A stretch of DNA of 37,274 nt, from positions 1 through 37,274 of the IMG/VR virus record IMGVR_UViG_3300050143_000080; one strand, 5' to 3'. The translations under genes were made by a program, and so were the position numbers. The stretch comes from a virus. Its lineage: Duplodnaviria > Caudoviricetes. Below are positions 6,057-14,259 of the stretch, piece after piece (the stretch's first letter is position 1; every line of letters begins with the position of its first letter). The notes beneath the pieces are model-generated. The model was not told where the DNA came from and ran no database searches. It saw only the letters and a list, made by a program, of their open reading frames with translations.

Positions 6057-8123
6057 TCAAACCTCCTGTGCTTGCGCTGTGGCCGCTGTCTGGCCGGGCA
6101 TCACGGCCACCTGGATCGGTGCCACCACCTTGCTACCAGCCTTGCCATCGACCGGTTCCAACCGCAGATCACCAGCCTCATCCACGGCCTCGACTTTCCA
6201 GAGACGTTTGGCCCCCTTCACCTGGACCACAAGCCCCACCCAGTGGGGCTTGTCTGACTGACCTTCCATGCCCTGCGCCGAAGGCGCCTGATCTGTATTC
6301 CCTGGGGCTGCGTCAGCGGCCCCAGGGCCTTCCGGCGGCGCCTTGTGTTTCCCCTGCGCGGGAGCGTTTGTTCGTGGGGTAGATCGGGTTTTGGCAGGTT
6401 TTGCCACGTCATGGGCTTCGTCACGCAGGGTGCGCCAGTCGATCTCAATGTCCTCATCCATGGCCACCATGGCCAGCGCCAAGTGGGCCGGGTTGGTGTT
6501 CATCTCGGCAGCGCCTGGGTTCAGGTCACCCAACAGGGTCAGGTCGGCAATGAGCAGGTCCAGCTGGCTGTTGTCCATGCCACTGGTGATCTCATGCATA
6601 CGCCACTTGAGGTCGCTGCTGGTGTTGAACTCTTCGCCTTCGATCCAGCCCCACAGGTTGCACATCAGGCCCCACAGGTCGGCGTCATCCAGGTAGGCCG
6701 TGGCCAGATCAACCGCCGTGCATCGCTTGGCTGCCAGTGGGGGCTCATAGCCCTTGTTCTGCATGGCGATGTGCAGCTTGATGAACAGTTCACGGCGCCA
6801 GTGGCGCTCGGCCACCAGTTCGGCTGGGATCTCGTCCTCTTCCTCTTCAGCCGCGGTGCTGGTGGCTGTTTCCTTGGGCTTGTCGGGGTTGGGGAAGGGC
6901 CACGCCACGCCGCCATCGCTGGGTTGCTCGTGCGACTTGTCTTGCTTCGTGGCCTTGGTGCCCGTTTCCTTGGGCTTCTTCTCTGGCTTGTGCAACAGCA
7001 GGCCCTCGGCCTCCAGCGCATCGCGGGCCTTCATGGTCTGCACGATTTCGCGCAGGCTGTGGTCCTTGGGGTGCTCGAACAAGGCGCTGGGCGTGAGCAG
7101 CGTGCCCAGCAGCTTGGCCAAGCTCTGCTTGCTGCCCGTGAGGTCTTCCAGGGCTTCGTCCATATACACATAGTCGCCATTCAGCTGGGCGCTGCTCTCG
7201 CCAAACTTCAGCAGAGCACGTGCGTTGTTGCCTTCTAGCACCTCCAGGCCTTGCTCGCGCGCTTGGGCCTTGATGCGTTCGTTGAAGGCCGTGAGCTTGC
7301 CAGCGTGGCAGTCGGGGTCGGTGCAGGTGTCGGCCTCGGGCACATCGGCGAACAGGTCAGGGTTGGCGCCAGTGCGCTTGGGGCAGTGGTTGCAGCCGCC
7401 GGCCTCGGGCACCAGCGTGGCATCTTTGATCGGGAAGGTGGCCTTGTTCAGGCGCAGCATGAAGCTGCTGGCCAGGATCTGCTCAGCGTCCTTGTGGGCC
7501 ACTGGCTTGGTGTCGTTGGGCCGCGTGGCCATGATCTTGGGAAAGGCCTTTTCCTGCTGGCTCACCGGCATGCGTGCGATGGCCAGGGCCGTGCTCTGCA
7601 CGATCTGCTCAGCCAGGAAGGCTTCACGCGCTGGTGGGATCAGCCGGCACAAAGCCAACAGGCGCCGCACGTGGCTGGGGCTCTTGCTGACCTTGTCAGC
7701 GATCTGGTCGACCGTGTAGCCGCTCTCGCCCTCTGGTGGTTTCAAGAGCAGTTCAAAGCTGTCGGCCTCTTCCAACGGGTGCAGGTCTTCGCGCTGGATG
7801 TTCTCGATCGCCTGAAGCTCAAGCACCTCCATCAGCGTGAGGTCACGCACCACCGCTGGTACCGAGTCCAGGCCAGCCAGCCTGGCGCCACGCCAGCGGC
7901 GCTCACCGGCCACGATCTCGAACTTGCCGTTGGGCAGGGTGCGCAGCAAGATGGGCTGCATGATGCCGTGATGCTTGATGCTGTCGGCCAGCTGGTCCAG
8001 CGGCGTCTCACGAAAGCGCTTGCGCGGCTGGTACTTGCCCGGCTGGATCAGGCTGCACAGCACCATGCGTGCACCGCTCAGCGGGAAAAGGTCATGGTTG
8101 GGGAGGGTGTTGGTGTCGCTCAC
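6057..8123 (-). CDS. ParB/Spo0J-family protein with long C-terminal extension
   Basis: QPRK.F, GIMQPILLR, IVAGERRWRG, ENIQREDL motifs, HTH, then a CxxC...C...C cluster. Confidence 0.92.
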   Translation of the reverse strand: MSDTNTLPNHDLFPLSGARMVLCSLIQPGKYQPRKRFRETPLDQLADSIKHHGIMQPILLRTLPNGKFEIVAGERRWRGARLAGLDSVPAVVRDLTLMEVLELQAIENIQREDLHPLEEADSFELLLKPPEGESGYTVDQIADKVSKSPSHVRRLLALCRLIPPAREAFLAEQIVQSTALAIARMPVSQQEKAFPKIMATRPNDTKPVAHKDAEQILASSFMLRLNKATFPIKDATLVPEAGGCNHCPKRTGANPDLFADVPEADTCTDPDCHAGKLTAFNERIKAQAREQGLEVLEGNNARALLKFGESSAQLNGDYVYMDEALEDLTGSKQSLAKLLGTLLTPSALFEHPKDHSLREIVQTMKARDALEAEGLLLHKPEKKPKETGTKATKQDKSHEQPSDGGVAWPFPNPDKPKETATSTAAEEEEDEIPAELVAERHWRRELFIKLHIAMQNKGYEPPLAAKRCTAVDLATAYLDDADLWGLMCNLWGWIEGEEFNTSSDLKWRMHEITSGMDNSQLDLLIADLTLLGDLNPGAAEMNTNPAHLALAMVAMDEDIEIDWRTLRDEAHDVAKPAKTRSTPRTNAPAQGKHKAPPEGPGAADAAPGNTDQAPSAQGMEGQSDKPHWVGLVVQVKGAKRLWKVEAVDEAGDLRLEPVDGKAGSKVVAPIQVAVMPGQTAATAQAQEV

Positions 8124-8440
8124 AGTTGAAAGTCCTTGCGGTCTGCGGCCTGGCGTTCCACCCAGGCCTTGAGGTGTTGAAGTTCGGTCTGGGATGCAGC
8201 CACCGCCACACCCTCGGGGTTGATCGCCTGGTAGGTCACCAGCACGCTCTGGTCTGGAAAGGTTTGGCGGTACAGCTTGATCTGCCAGCCGGTGTCGTGC
8301 AGCTCCAGCACCTCACCTGGCAGCGCATGCCATCGGCCCGTGCTGGTGTCATTGGTGGGCAGGCTCTTGCGAGCCCGTGTGATGCTCTGGCTGAGCAGGT
8401 GGCCCACCTTGAACACCACAATCGCTGGAGGCTTGCTCAT
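8120..8440 (-). CDS. Hypothetical protein (106 aa)
   Basis: 4-nt overlaps with both neighbours. Confidence 0.65.
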   Translation of the reverse strand: MSKPPAIVVFKVGHLLSQSITRARKSLPTNDTSTGRWHALPGEVLELHDTGWQIKLYRQTFPDQSVLVTYQAINPEGVAVAASQTELQHLKAWVERQAADRKDFQL

Positions 8441-9063
8441 GCCGCACGGCGCTCCATGTCGCGTGCGTGTTCGGCCCGGCCTGCGTCCAACTCGGCAAAG
8501 CGATCAGCGAAGTGATCGCGCCATTCCTGCCAGGTCATGGCCACGCGGCCGCGCTCCATCAGGTCGATGTCGTCAGGCACCTCGATGCCCTGAAGAATCG
8601 GCCATGGCGTGCGTGGTCTGCCATCAGGCCGCTTGGCGGGCAGCAGCTGCGCGCTTTCGATGGCCAGGGCCATGCGGTCGATCAGCGTGATCTGGCTGCG
8701 GTGGGTGAACTTGTGCGTCTTGAGGTTGAAGCGCACATCAATGAGGTGCTCCCAGCTGCTCTCGTGCATGCGCCAGGCCTGTCCCACCTGGGCCTTCATG
8801 GGCTGGATCATGTCGCCGCAATAGGCCTCGTGGGCGTCGTGCATCAGTGCGGCCATCTGGCCATGCACGCTCAAACCCAGCACGCGCTCGGCCAAGTCCA
8901 GGCACAACAGGCTGTGCTCGGCCACCGAGTAGGGGCGGCACGTGGCGCCATTGAAGCGGTTCATCAGCGCCAGGTTGTGCGCGATGTGGCCAATGTTCAC
9001 TTGGTCCAGCTTGGGGTGTGCCACTGACAGCTCGGTGCCGTCGTGCATGGTCATGAAGGTCAT
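8437..9063 (-). CDS. HD-domain phosphohydrolase (YfbR/YfdR-like 5'-deoxynucleotidase)
   Basis: IAHNLA..NRFNG, YSVAEHS, LMHDAHEAY.GD; GGAG RBS before ATG at 9063. Confidence 0.88.
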   Translation of the reverse strand: MTFMTMHDGTELSVAHPKLDQVNIGHIAHNLALMNRFNGATCRPYSVAEHSLLCLDLAERVLGLSVHGQMAALMHDAHEAYCGDMIQPMKAQVGQAWRMHESSWEHLIDVRFNLKTHKFTHRSQITLIDRMALAIESAQLLPAKRPDGRPRTPWPILQGIEVPDDIDLMERGRVAMTWQEWRDHFADRFAELDAGRAEHARDMERRAA

Positions 9064-9079
9064 GGGGAGTCTCCGTGGG

Positions 9080-9361
9080 TCAGTCGTCGTCTCGCTCACC
9101 AGCCGCAAGGCGTTTGTGGTCGAGCACAGGTGGGTGATGGGGCAGGGGCATCGCCTGAAGCTGGCGAGCTGCCCGTGGCCGCTGGGCTTGCTGCTTGGCT
9201 CGCTCTTCGGCCCGCATGTGTTCGCGGCGGGCCTGGATGCGCACCAGGTGGGCAAAGGTCCGGTCGTTCATGGCTTCCTCGAGGCTCTCGGGCCAGTCAG
9301 CACGGCGGCAGGCCTGGAAGGCTTGCTGCAGCTGCTCGGCACTGAGCTCAAGGGCTGCCAT
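9080..9361 (-). CDS. Hypothetical phage protein (93 aa)
   Basis: C-terminal DHKRLAAGERDDD; in operon. Confidence 0.7.
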   Translation of the reverse strand: MAALELSAEQLQQAFQACRRADWPESLEEAMNDRTFAHLVRIQARREHMRAEERAKQQAQRPRAARQLQAMPLPHHPPVLDHKRLAAGERDDD

Positions 9362-9364
9362 GTC

Positions 9365-9577
9365 TTACCGTGGCAGGGCCACCAGTTGTTGCCGCAGTGC
9401 CTGCAGGTCTTTCTTCCAGCGCAGCAGCTGCAGGCAGTCTTCTTGGATCTGGCGGTCGATCATGTCGACGTCAAAGGCCAGCCGGTCAATGCGTGCCTGC
9501 AGTGCACGGCGCCGCAGGTATGCCTGCACACCGCGCAAGCGGTTCTTGAAGGGGGTGGGCAGCGTCATCAGCATCAC
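9365..9577 (-). CDS. Hypothetical coiled-coil protein (70 aa)
   Basis: Overlaps the upstream stop; heptad-like Leu pattern. Confidence 0.6.
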   Translation of the reverse strand: MMLMTLPTPFKNRLRGVQAYLRRRALQARIDRLAFDVDMIDRQIQEDCLQLLRWKKDLQALRQQLVALPR

Positions 9578-9801
9578 AGCACCCGCTTGGGCGTGATGCC
9601 CTTCATGGTCTGTTCACCGAACAGGCGGCTCATGTTCTCGATCGCCGCGGCGCTGTTGCGTGCCACCGTGGTGATCGTCACCTTGTGGCCGTTGCCCAGC
9701 TTCACGGCCATGTCAAAAGCACTCAGAGGGCCGCGCACAAAGCGCGATTCGTTGGCCGTGGGCACGGTGTGCGCAGGCATGGTCATCTCAATGGCAGCCA
9801 T
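9574..9801 (-). CDS. Hypothetical protein (75 aa)
   Basis: GGAGAGG RBS before ATG at 9801. Confidence 0.65.
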   Translation of the reverse strand: MAAIEMTMPAHTVPTANESRFVRGPLSAFDMAVKLGNGHKVTITTVARNSAAAIENMSRLFGEQTMKGITPKRVL

Positions 9802-9815
9802 GGGGCCTCTCCTGT

Positions 9816-10088
9816 TCAAGGGTGGGGGATGCGACCCATGCCCAGCGCGATGGCGGCACAGATCAGGGATGAGCCCACCAGCACGCCCACGGCAAACACC
9901 GTGGCGAGGGTGGACCGGCGAACGTGCAGCACCTCAGCGAATGGCGCAGAGGGCCGTGGCAGCTCATGGCGGGCTGCAGGCTGGGTGCTGCCAATGGGCT
10001 TGGCGTTGCGCAGTTTGCGCACCAGCTGGGCGTTGTCCAGGTGGTGTGTTGCTTGGATGCGCTGGGGTGTGGTCATGGGCTTTGACAT
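9816..10088 (-). CDS. Hypothetical protein with C-terminal transmembrane helix
   Basis: GGAGG RBS before ATG at 10088; LATVFAVGVLVGSSLICAAIALG. Confidence 0.65.
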   Translation of the reverse strand: MSKPMTTPQRIQATHHLDNAQLVRKLRNAKPIGSTQPAARHELPRPSAPFAEVLHVRRSTLATVFAVGVLVGSSLICAAIALGMGRIPHP

Positions 10089-10090
10089 GG

Positions 10091-10654
10091 TCAGAACCTC
10101 CACTTGACGAACAGCACCACGGCGCCTTCGGTGGTGTGTTTCACCGGGGGAATGCCCACCACCGAGAGCGCCACATCGCGCCAGCGGCGCTCCACCAGCA
10201 ACGCGGCCAGAGGCAGGGCCTTGCCATCGCGCAGGGTGTAGCCATCAATGGCGCCAAGGGCTGCGCCCACATGGACGTCGCCAACGATGGGAAGGGATGG
10301 ATGCAATGGCGTGTAGCCCAGCGCTGCATAGCGGCTGGTGCTGCTCTGGCTGTTGCGCACGATGCCGGCCGTGATGGCCAGGTCATCAGACCAGCGGGCA
10401 TCAATGCCGAGGCCTGGGTTGATGGGGTTGGCGTCAGCGCGAACGTGGTAGCTCACGGCGCCAGCATTCAGCCACCAGCTGGTGGGCATGAGGCTTGCGG
10501 CTCGGGCCTGCGATACCATCGCGCCGAACAAAACCAGGCACAACAGGGAGAATCCATGCTGGATCAACAGAATGTAGCCAACGCGCAAGTCCAAAAGCAC
10601 ATTGAACAACTGCTGGCTGCGCACGAGGTGCCGTTTTACGAGTGGCTCAGACAT
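10091..10654 (-). CDS. PagP-like small outer-membrane beta-barrel protein (start uncertain)
   Basis: Hydrophobic leader ending ARA-A; SYH, NP.NPGLG, G..RNS and G.I.GY motifs; amphipathic strands; terminal Phe (VKWRF). Confidence 0.6.
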   Translation of the reverse strand: MSEPLVKRHLVRSQQLFNVLLDLRVGYILLIQHGFSLLCLVLFGAMVSQARAASLMPTSWWLNAGAVSYHVRADANPINPGLGIDARWSDDLAITAGIVRNSQSSTSRYAALGYTPLHPSLPIVGDVHVGAALGAIDGYTLRDGKALPLAALLVERRWRDVALSVVGIPPVKHTTEGAVVLFVKWRF

Positions 10655-11041
10655 GTGAACACCCTGTCGTCAACGGTTCTGACGCTGTCGGTGAGCCTCC
10701 AGGCGGGCAACCTACCAAAGGTTCCAGAGGCTGCGTGGGCGCTGGCTGTTGCTTGGGTGCTTCTTTCCACTTCTCTAATTGCTGGCGTGCTAGCAATGCG
10801 ACAGCAATATCAAGCTCGGTTATCAAAAGCACACCAGCTTGGATGGGTGAAGGACACTGAAGGCCCATTCGCTGCCTTAGATCATGTGTCCAGCGGTGGG
10901 CACAACCGCAGCATGTCTTCAGATGCTCATACGTTGTCACAGGTGGCACTGGGCGCCATGGTTTGCGCTGTGCCCATGTTGGTGGTGTTTGCTCTGAGCA
11001 ATCTGCCGCTGTGCGCTGGTCAGGTGTGCCGTTGGTGGTGA
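10556..11041 (+). CDS. Putative three-TM membrane protein, antisense to the early operon (161 aa)
   Basis: GGGAG RBS before ATG at 10556; three hydrophobic segments; 3' part of track ORF 8942..11041. Confidence 0.65.
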   Translation: MLDQQNVANAQVQKHIEQLLAAHEVPFYEWLRHVNTLSSTVLTLSVSLQAGNLPKVPEAAWALAVAWVLLSTSLIAGVLAMRQQYQARLSKAHQLGWVKDTEGPFAALDHVSSGGHNRSMSSDAHTLSQVALGAMVCAVPMLVVFALSNLPLCAGQVCRWW

Positions 11042-11129
11042 CATCCATCCCCACCAGCTCAACCGGCCGCCCCTCTTCAATGGCCTTGGCCAAGTCAGGG
11101 TGCTTGATGTCAGAGGTGCGCAGCATCAC
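10647..11129 (-). CDS. Hypothetical ORF (160 aa), largely overlapped by the antisense gene
   Basis: Start overlaps the upstream stop and stop overlaps the downstream start; sequence is of doubtful protein character. Confidence 0.4.
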   Translation of the reverse strand: MMLRTSDIKHPDLAKAIEEGRPVELVGMDVTTNGTPDQRTAADCSEQTPPTWAQRKPWRPVPPVTTYEHLKTCCGCAHRWTHDLRQRMGLQCPSPIQAGVLLITELDIAVALLARQQLEKWKEAPKQQPAPTQPLEPLVGCPPGGSPTASEPLTTGCSHV

Positions 11130-11458
11130 TGCACCCCCTTGCCGTTGATCTCAGCCATCAGGGCCTTGAAGCCCACGCCCCAGGTGCGCTTGACTTCCTT
11201 GGGACCGCCGATCAGCTGTGTCTGCTTAATCGTGCGGGACAGGTGGCCGTGCCACATGCTGCTGACGCGTGAACGCAGCACATGCGCGTCCATGCCCAAA
11301 CGCTGGCGGTAGCTGTGGCTGTGGCGCCAGCTGCAGCCGCAGTCACCGGCATCAAAGCCGTTGCTCAGGGCGTGCCAGCGTGCACGTGGGTTCGCCTTGC
11401 GAAGAGCAAGGAGCAGGGCGACATGGTCTGCCTTGATGTGGTGTGTGGCGTGCGCCAT
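11126..11458 (-). CDS. Hypothetical protein, first gene of the leftward operon
   Basis: Directly downstream of the PL-like promoter/operator region. Confidence 0.6.
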   Translation of the reverse strand: MAHATHHIKADHVALLLALRKANPRARWHALSNGFDAGDCGCSWRHSHSYRQRLGMDAHVLRSRVSSMWHGHLSRTIKQTQLIGGPKEVKRTWGVGFKALMAEINGKGVQ

Positions 11459-11485
11459 CTGAGCCCCAAGGGGTTGCGATGGCGC

Positions 11486-11529
11486 AATTCAAACAGAAAA
11501 GTTTGAGTCAGTCAAACAAAAATGTTTAG
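11486..11529 (-). promoter_or_regulatory. PL-like promoter with two repressor operators
   Basis: TCAAAC-AGAAAA-GTTTGA (11489-11506) and TCAAAC-AAAAAT-GTTTAG (11512-11529); minus-strand TTGACT -35 at 11510-11515. Confidence 0.8.
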
Positions 11530-11577
11530 ATCTGCTGGATCACCCTGATTTGGGGTGTATCGGCTGACCTACATTGT

Positions 11578-12099
11578 TCACATCAGCACAACGTTTACGA
11601 CCGCGCACCTGGTACTGGCGGTCTGCTGATTGATGAAACCCATGTTGAACTCGCGAACGTTAAGAGTTCCGCCAGCCTTGATGCGTTCAAGTACAACGCC
11701 TTTCACCGTCCCGATTTGCGTGCCGCTGTTGGCAAAGGTGTCGCACTCGATGGTGATGTCCTTTACGTCCTTCGCGCCCTCGTTGTGAACCTTGGCGCTC
11801 AACATCAGAATGTTGTTAAAGCCGCCTGCATGCCAGCTCGTCTTGTCCATCCTCATGGCGTTGATCGCCACTTCCTTGGGGTCAAGCTGTGGCAGTGGCG
11901 GGGTGCCTGAGGCCTGAGGCTGAGGGCCCTGTACCTTCGAGGAAATGATGCTGATCGCAAACGCCAGCCCAAAAAAGCCAAGTAGGCCCTTCGTGATCAC
12001 TGACATTTTCTTGACTGGCTTGGTTACACCGCACTTGGGGCAGGTCTTCGCTGTGTCACTGACCTCAGTGCCACACTCTCTACATTTGGCCATCGCCAT
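11578..12099 (-). CDS. Zinc-ribbon, single-TM membrane protein downstream of the repressor
   Basis: CRECG...CPKCG, then a TM helix, a Pro/Gln linker and a beta-rich domain. Confidence 0.85.
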   Translation of the reverse strand: MAMAKCRECGTEVSDTAKTCPKCGVTKPVKKMSVITKGLLGFFGLAFAISIISSKVQGPQPQASGTPPLPQLDPKEVAINAMRMDKTSWHAGGFNNILMLSAKVHNEGAKDVKDITIECDTFANSGTQIGTVKGVVLERIKAGGTLNVREFNMGFINQQTASTRCAVVNVVLM

Positions 12100-12116
12100 C
12101 TTCGGGCTCCCCCTGA

Positions 12117-12920
12117 TCAGAATGTTTTCTTTTGAAGGGCAACGACCACGCCGATGATGCGAAGCGCGTGGCGTACGCTGTCCATTGGGTGTTCGCCTGG
12201 GCAGATGGCTTCAAAGCCACCATTGCTCAGGCTGCGGTACCGACGCAGCAAAGGCGTGTCTGATCCAGCCACGGCAACAACAACCACGCAGTCATGCCAA
12301 GGTGAGGCGCACGGGTCGACCGCAATGATGTCACCGGCCACGATGGTCGGCAGCGGCGAATCATGCACTTCAACCGCCTTTGTTCGATCAGACACCGATG
12401 CGGTGATCGGTGCGATGAGTACCTGGGCCTCTGTGGGCCACTCCCTGTTTGGTGTGTTCACTGCAACATCCAGCAAGGCCCATGCAACAACGGGGGCCTT
12501 TGTCATGTTTGTAGCAGGTGACAAGGTTGTTTGCTTCGGTGTTTCCGATAAAATCTCATCCCACTTAGGAGGGGGAGTGCCTGTCACAAGCCTGACATTA
12601 CCCACTGAGAACTGGCTATCAGACAAGATCACTGCAGGGCTCTCTTGGGCCACAGCGGCAGGATTCACGAGAGCCTTGTATTCGGGGTGTTCCTTGTCGT
12701 ACTCACCTTCGCTGTGTATTTCATCTAGCCACCGGTATGGCTTGTTGAACTTCTCTTCAATGAAGCGCGCCTTGTCTTCGTAAAACGTGGTCTTGAGGTT
12801 GATCAATCGGCCCGCATAGGCTCCGCTCCAGCCCAGGAGTTTGCCCAGTGCTTCGTTGCTGAGACCTTCTTTGTCTCTGATCAGCCGTAAGTTTGCTGCT
12901 CGGATCATGCGTTCGCTCAT
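12117..12920 (-). CDS. cI: CI-like repressor (HTH plus degenerate S24 peptidase domain)
   Basis: N-terminal NLRLIR...LSNEALGKLLGWS HTH; C-terminal DS..P....GDIIAVDP...RIIGVVV; divergent from the cro-like gene. Confidence 0.85.
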   Translation of the reverse strand: MSERMIRAANLRLIRDKEGLSNEALGKLLGWSGAYAGRLINLKTTFYEDKARFIEEKFNKPYRWLDEIHSEGEYDKEHPEYKALVNPAAVAQESPAVILSDSQFSVGNVRLVTGTPPPKWDEILSETPKQTTLSPATNMTKAPVVAWALLDVAVNTPNREWPTEAQVLIAPITASVSDRTKAVEVHDSPLPTIVAGDIIAVDPCASPWHDCVVVVAVAGSDTPLLRRYRSLSNGGFEAICPGEHPMDSVRHALRIIGVVVALQKKTF

Positions 12921-12941
12921 GCAGGCAGTAAGCCTGCGACC

Positions 12942-12997
12942 TCAAACAAAAATGGTTCGGGTGGCGCTTGCTGATATCAAACAAATTAGTTTAAGAT
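12942..12997 (+). promoter_or_regulatory. PR-like promoter with two repressor operators
   Basis: TCAAAC-AAAAAT-GGTTCG (12942-12959), TCAAAC-AAATTA-GTTTAA (12977-12994); TTGCTG (12968) and TAAGAT (12992) 18 bp apart. Confidence 0.78.
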
Positions 12998-13005
12998 CGC
13001 GCACC

Positions 13006-13311
13006 ATGGATCTACGAACCTATCTGGCCACACTGGACGAGCCTCAAATTCTGAGCCTCGCGATCTCGTGTGACACAACGCCGCTCTACCTACGTCGCCA
13101 AAGCCGTGACATCCGGCGCGGAAAGTTCTACATGAACCCCCGCCTGGCCTCGCTGTTGGAGCAGCACACAAACAAAAGTGTTCGCCGCTGGGAGTGTATC
13201 CCGGTCGGGTGGTGGGTCATCTGGCCCGAATTGGTGGGTTCCCCAGGCGCACCGCCCGTGCCCGCCACAGAAGCTGCCAACGATGAAGGCCAGGCGCAGC
13301 AGCGCGCCTGA
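13006..13311 (+). CDS. cro: Cro/YdaS-like transcriptional regulator
   Basis: MDLRTYL...LA..C.TT..YL...P.LA..LE..T...V.R.E..P..W..IWPEL; divergent from cI. Confidence 0.85.
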   Translation: MDLRTYLATLDEPQILSLAISCDTTPLYLRRQSRDIRRGKFYMNPRLASLLEQHTNKSVRRWECIPVGWWVIWPELVGSPGAPPVPATEAANDEGQAQQRA

Positions 13312-13337
13312 CCACTGGTTTCAACCAACACATTGAG

Positions 13338-13607
13338 ATGCGCATGAGCAACCCCCTGCGAGTGACGGTGAAGTGCGATGCCTCTGCCCTGCAGGCAGTG
13401 TTTGACAAGCTTCGGCAGGCACCGAAGCTATCGGAGAAAGACGCCCAAGCTCTTTCGTGCTTCCTCGATGACCCTGCGCAAGTTCTCTGCATTGACGTCG
13501 ATCAGCTGCCCACAAGTGCAAGTGAGCTGAGGTTTTCGCTTCAGCCGACCGACCGTTTCCTTGAGTTTGTGTCCGCACTTCTCGCAGGGAATGTCGATCT
13601 TGACTGA
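13338..13607 (+). CDS. Hypothetical protein (89 aa), overlapped by an antisense zinc-binding ORF
   Basis: Co-oriented with the cro operon; could be a shadow ORF. Confidence 0.45.
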   Translation: MRMSNPLRVTVKCDASALQAVFDKLRQAPKLSEKDAQALSCFLDDPAQVLCIDVDQLPTSASELRFSLQPTDRFLEFVSALLAGNVDLD

Positions 13608-13625
13608 ATCAAGGTTGAGTTTCAT
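13428..13625 (-). CDS. Small putative zinc-binding protein (65 aa)
   Basis: AAAGGA RBS; CEKCG and CTCG motifs followed by an amphipathic helix. Confidence 0.7.
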   Translation of the reverse strand: MKLNLDSVKIDIPCEKCGHKLKETVGRLKRKPQLTCTCGQLIDVNAENLRRVIEEARKSLGVFLR

Positions 13626-13785
13626 GGTCCGTTCCTTTGTTTCTGATGGTGTGTTGAGGGACCTCCATCCTAAAGCTCTGGAACGGACCGCCATCTGTGT
13701 GCATCGGGGTGCCATTGGTGTCCATGGTGCGCAGTTTTCCAACTGACGGCACTGCCGTCCATCACAAGCAAATGAGGTGACTTCC

Positions 13786-14259
13786 ATGGACGTTCTTGAC
13801 GCTGCCTACCGCACCGTTCACGGCTACCCGGGCGGTGCCGTTTCTCTGGCCCCCCGCCTGGGCAAGCGCCCGGCCACACTCAGCCACGAAGTGCGCGTGC
13901 CAGAGGGCAGCACGGCCAAGCTGGGCTTGCTCGATGCCATCACCATCATGGAGTTCGCCAACGACTTGTCGATCATGCACGCCATGGCCAGCCGGATGGG
14001 CGGCATGTTCATCCCGCTCACAGCCAGCCTGGATGCTGCTGACGACGCAGGCACCCGCGTGGGCCGCGTGGCGCAAGAGTTCGCGGAGCTCATGGCCGAA
14101 GTGCTGGCCGACACCGCTGATGGCAAGATCACCGGCACAGAACTGCGCCGCATCCATGCCGCTTGGGGTGAGTTGATGGCGGAAGGCCAGCGCATGCTGG
14201 CTCACTGCCAGGCCTTGCATGAGGCCGATCAGCACCGCTCGGAGCACGGCGGGCGCTGA
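13786..14259 (+). CDS. Phage regulatory CII-family (CP76-like) protein
   Basis: GAGGTG RBS; DAAY.TVH.YPGG..SLAPRLG and ADGKIT..E motifs. Confidence 0.85.
   Translation: MDVLDAAYRTVHGYPGGAVSLAPRLGKRPATLSHEVRVPEGSTAKLGLLDAITIMEFANDLSIMHAMASRMGGMFIPLTASLDAADDAGTRVGRVAQEFAELMAEVLADTADGKITGTELRRIHAAWGELMAEGQRMLAHCQALHEADQHRSEHGGR

Noticed and set aside
8942-10555. 5' portion of the 699-aa plus-strand ORF
   Set aside because: Antisense shadow of several coupled minus-strand genes in GC-rich DNA; only the part from ATG 10556 has an RBS and protein-like character
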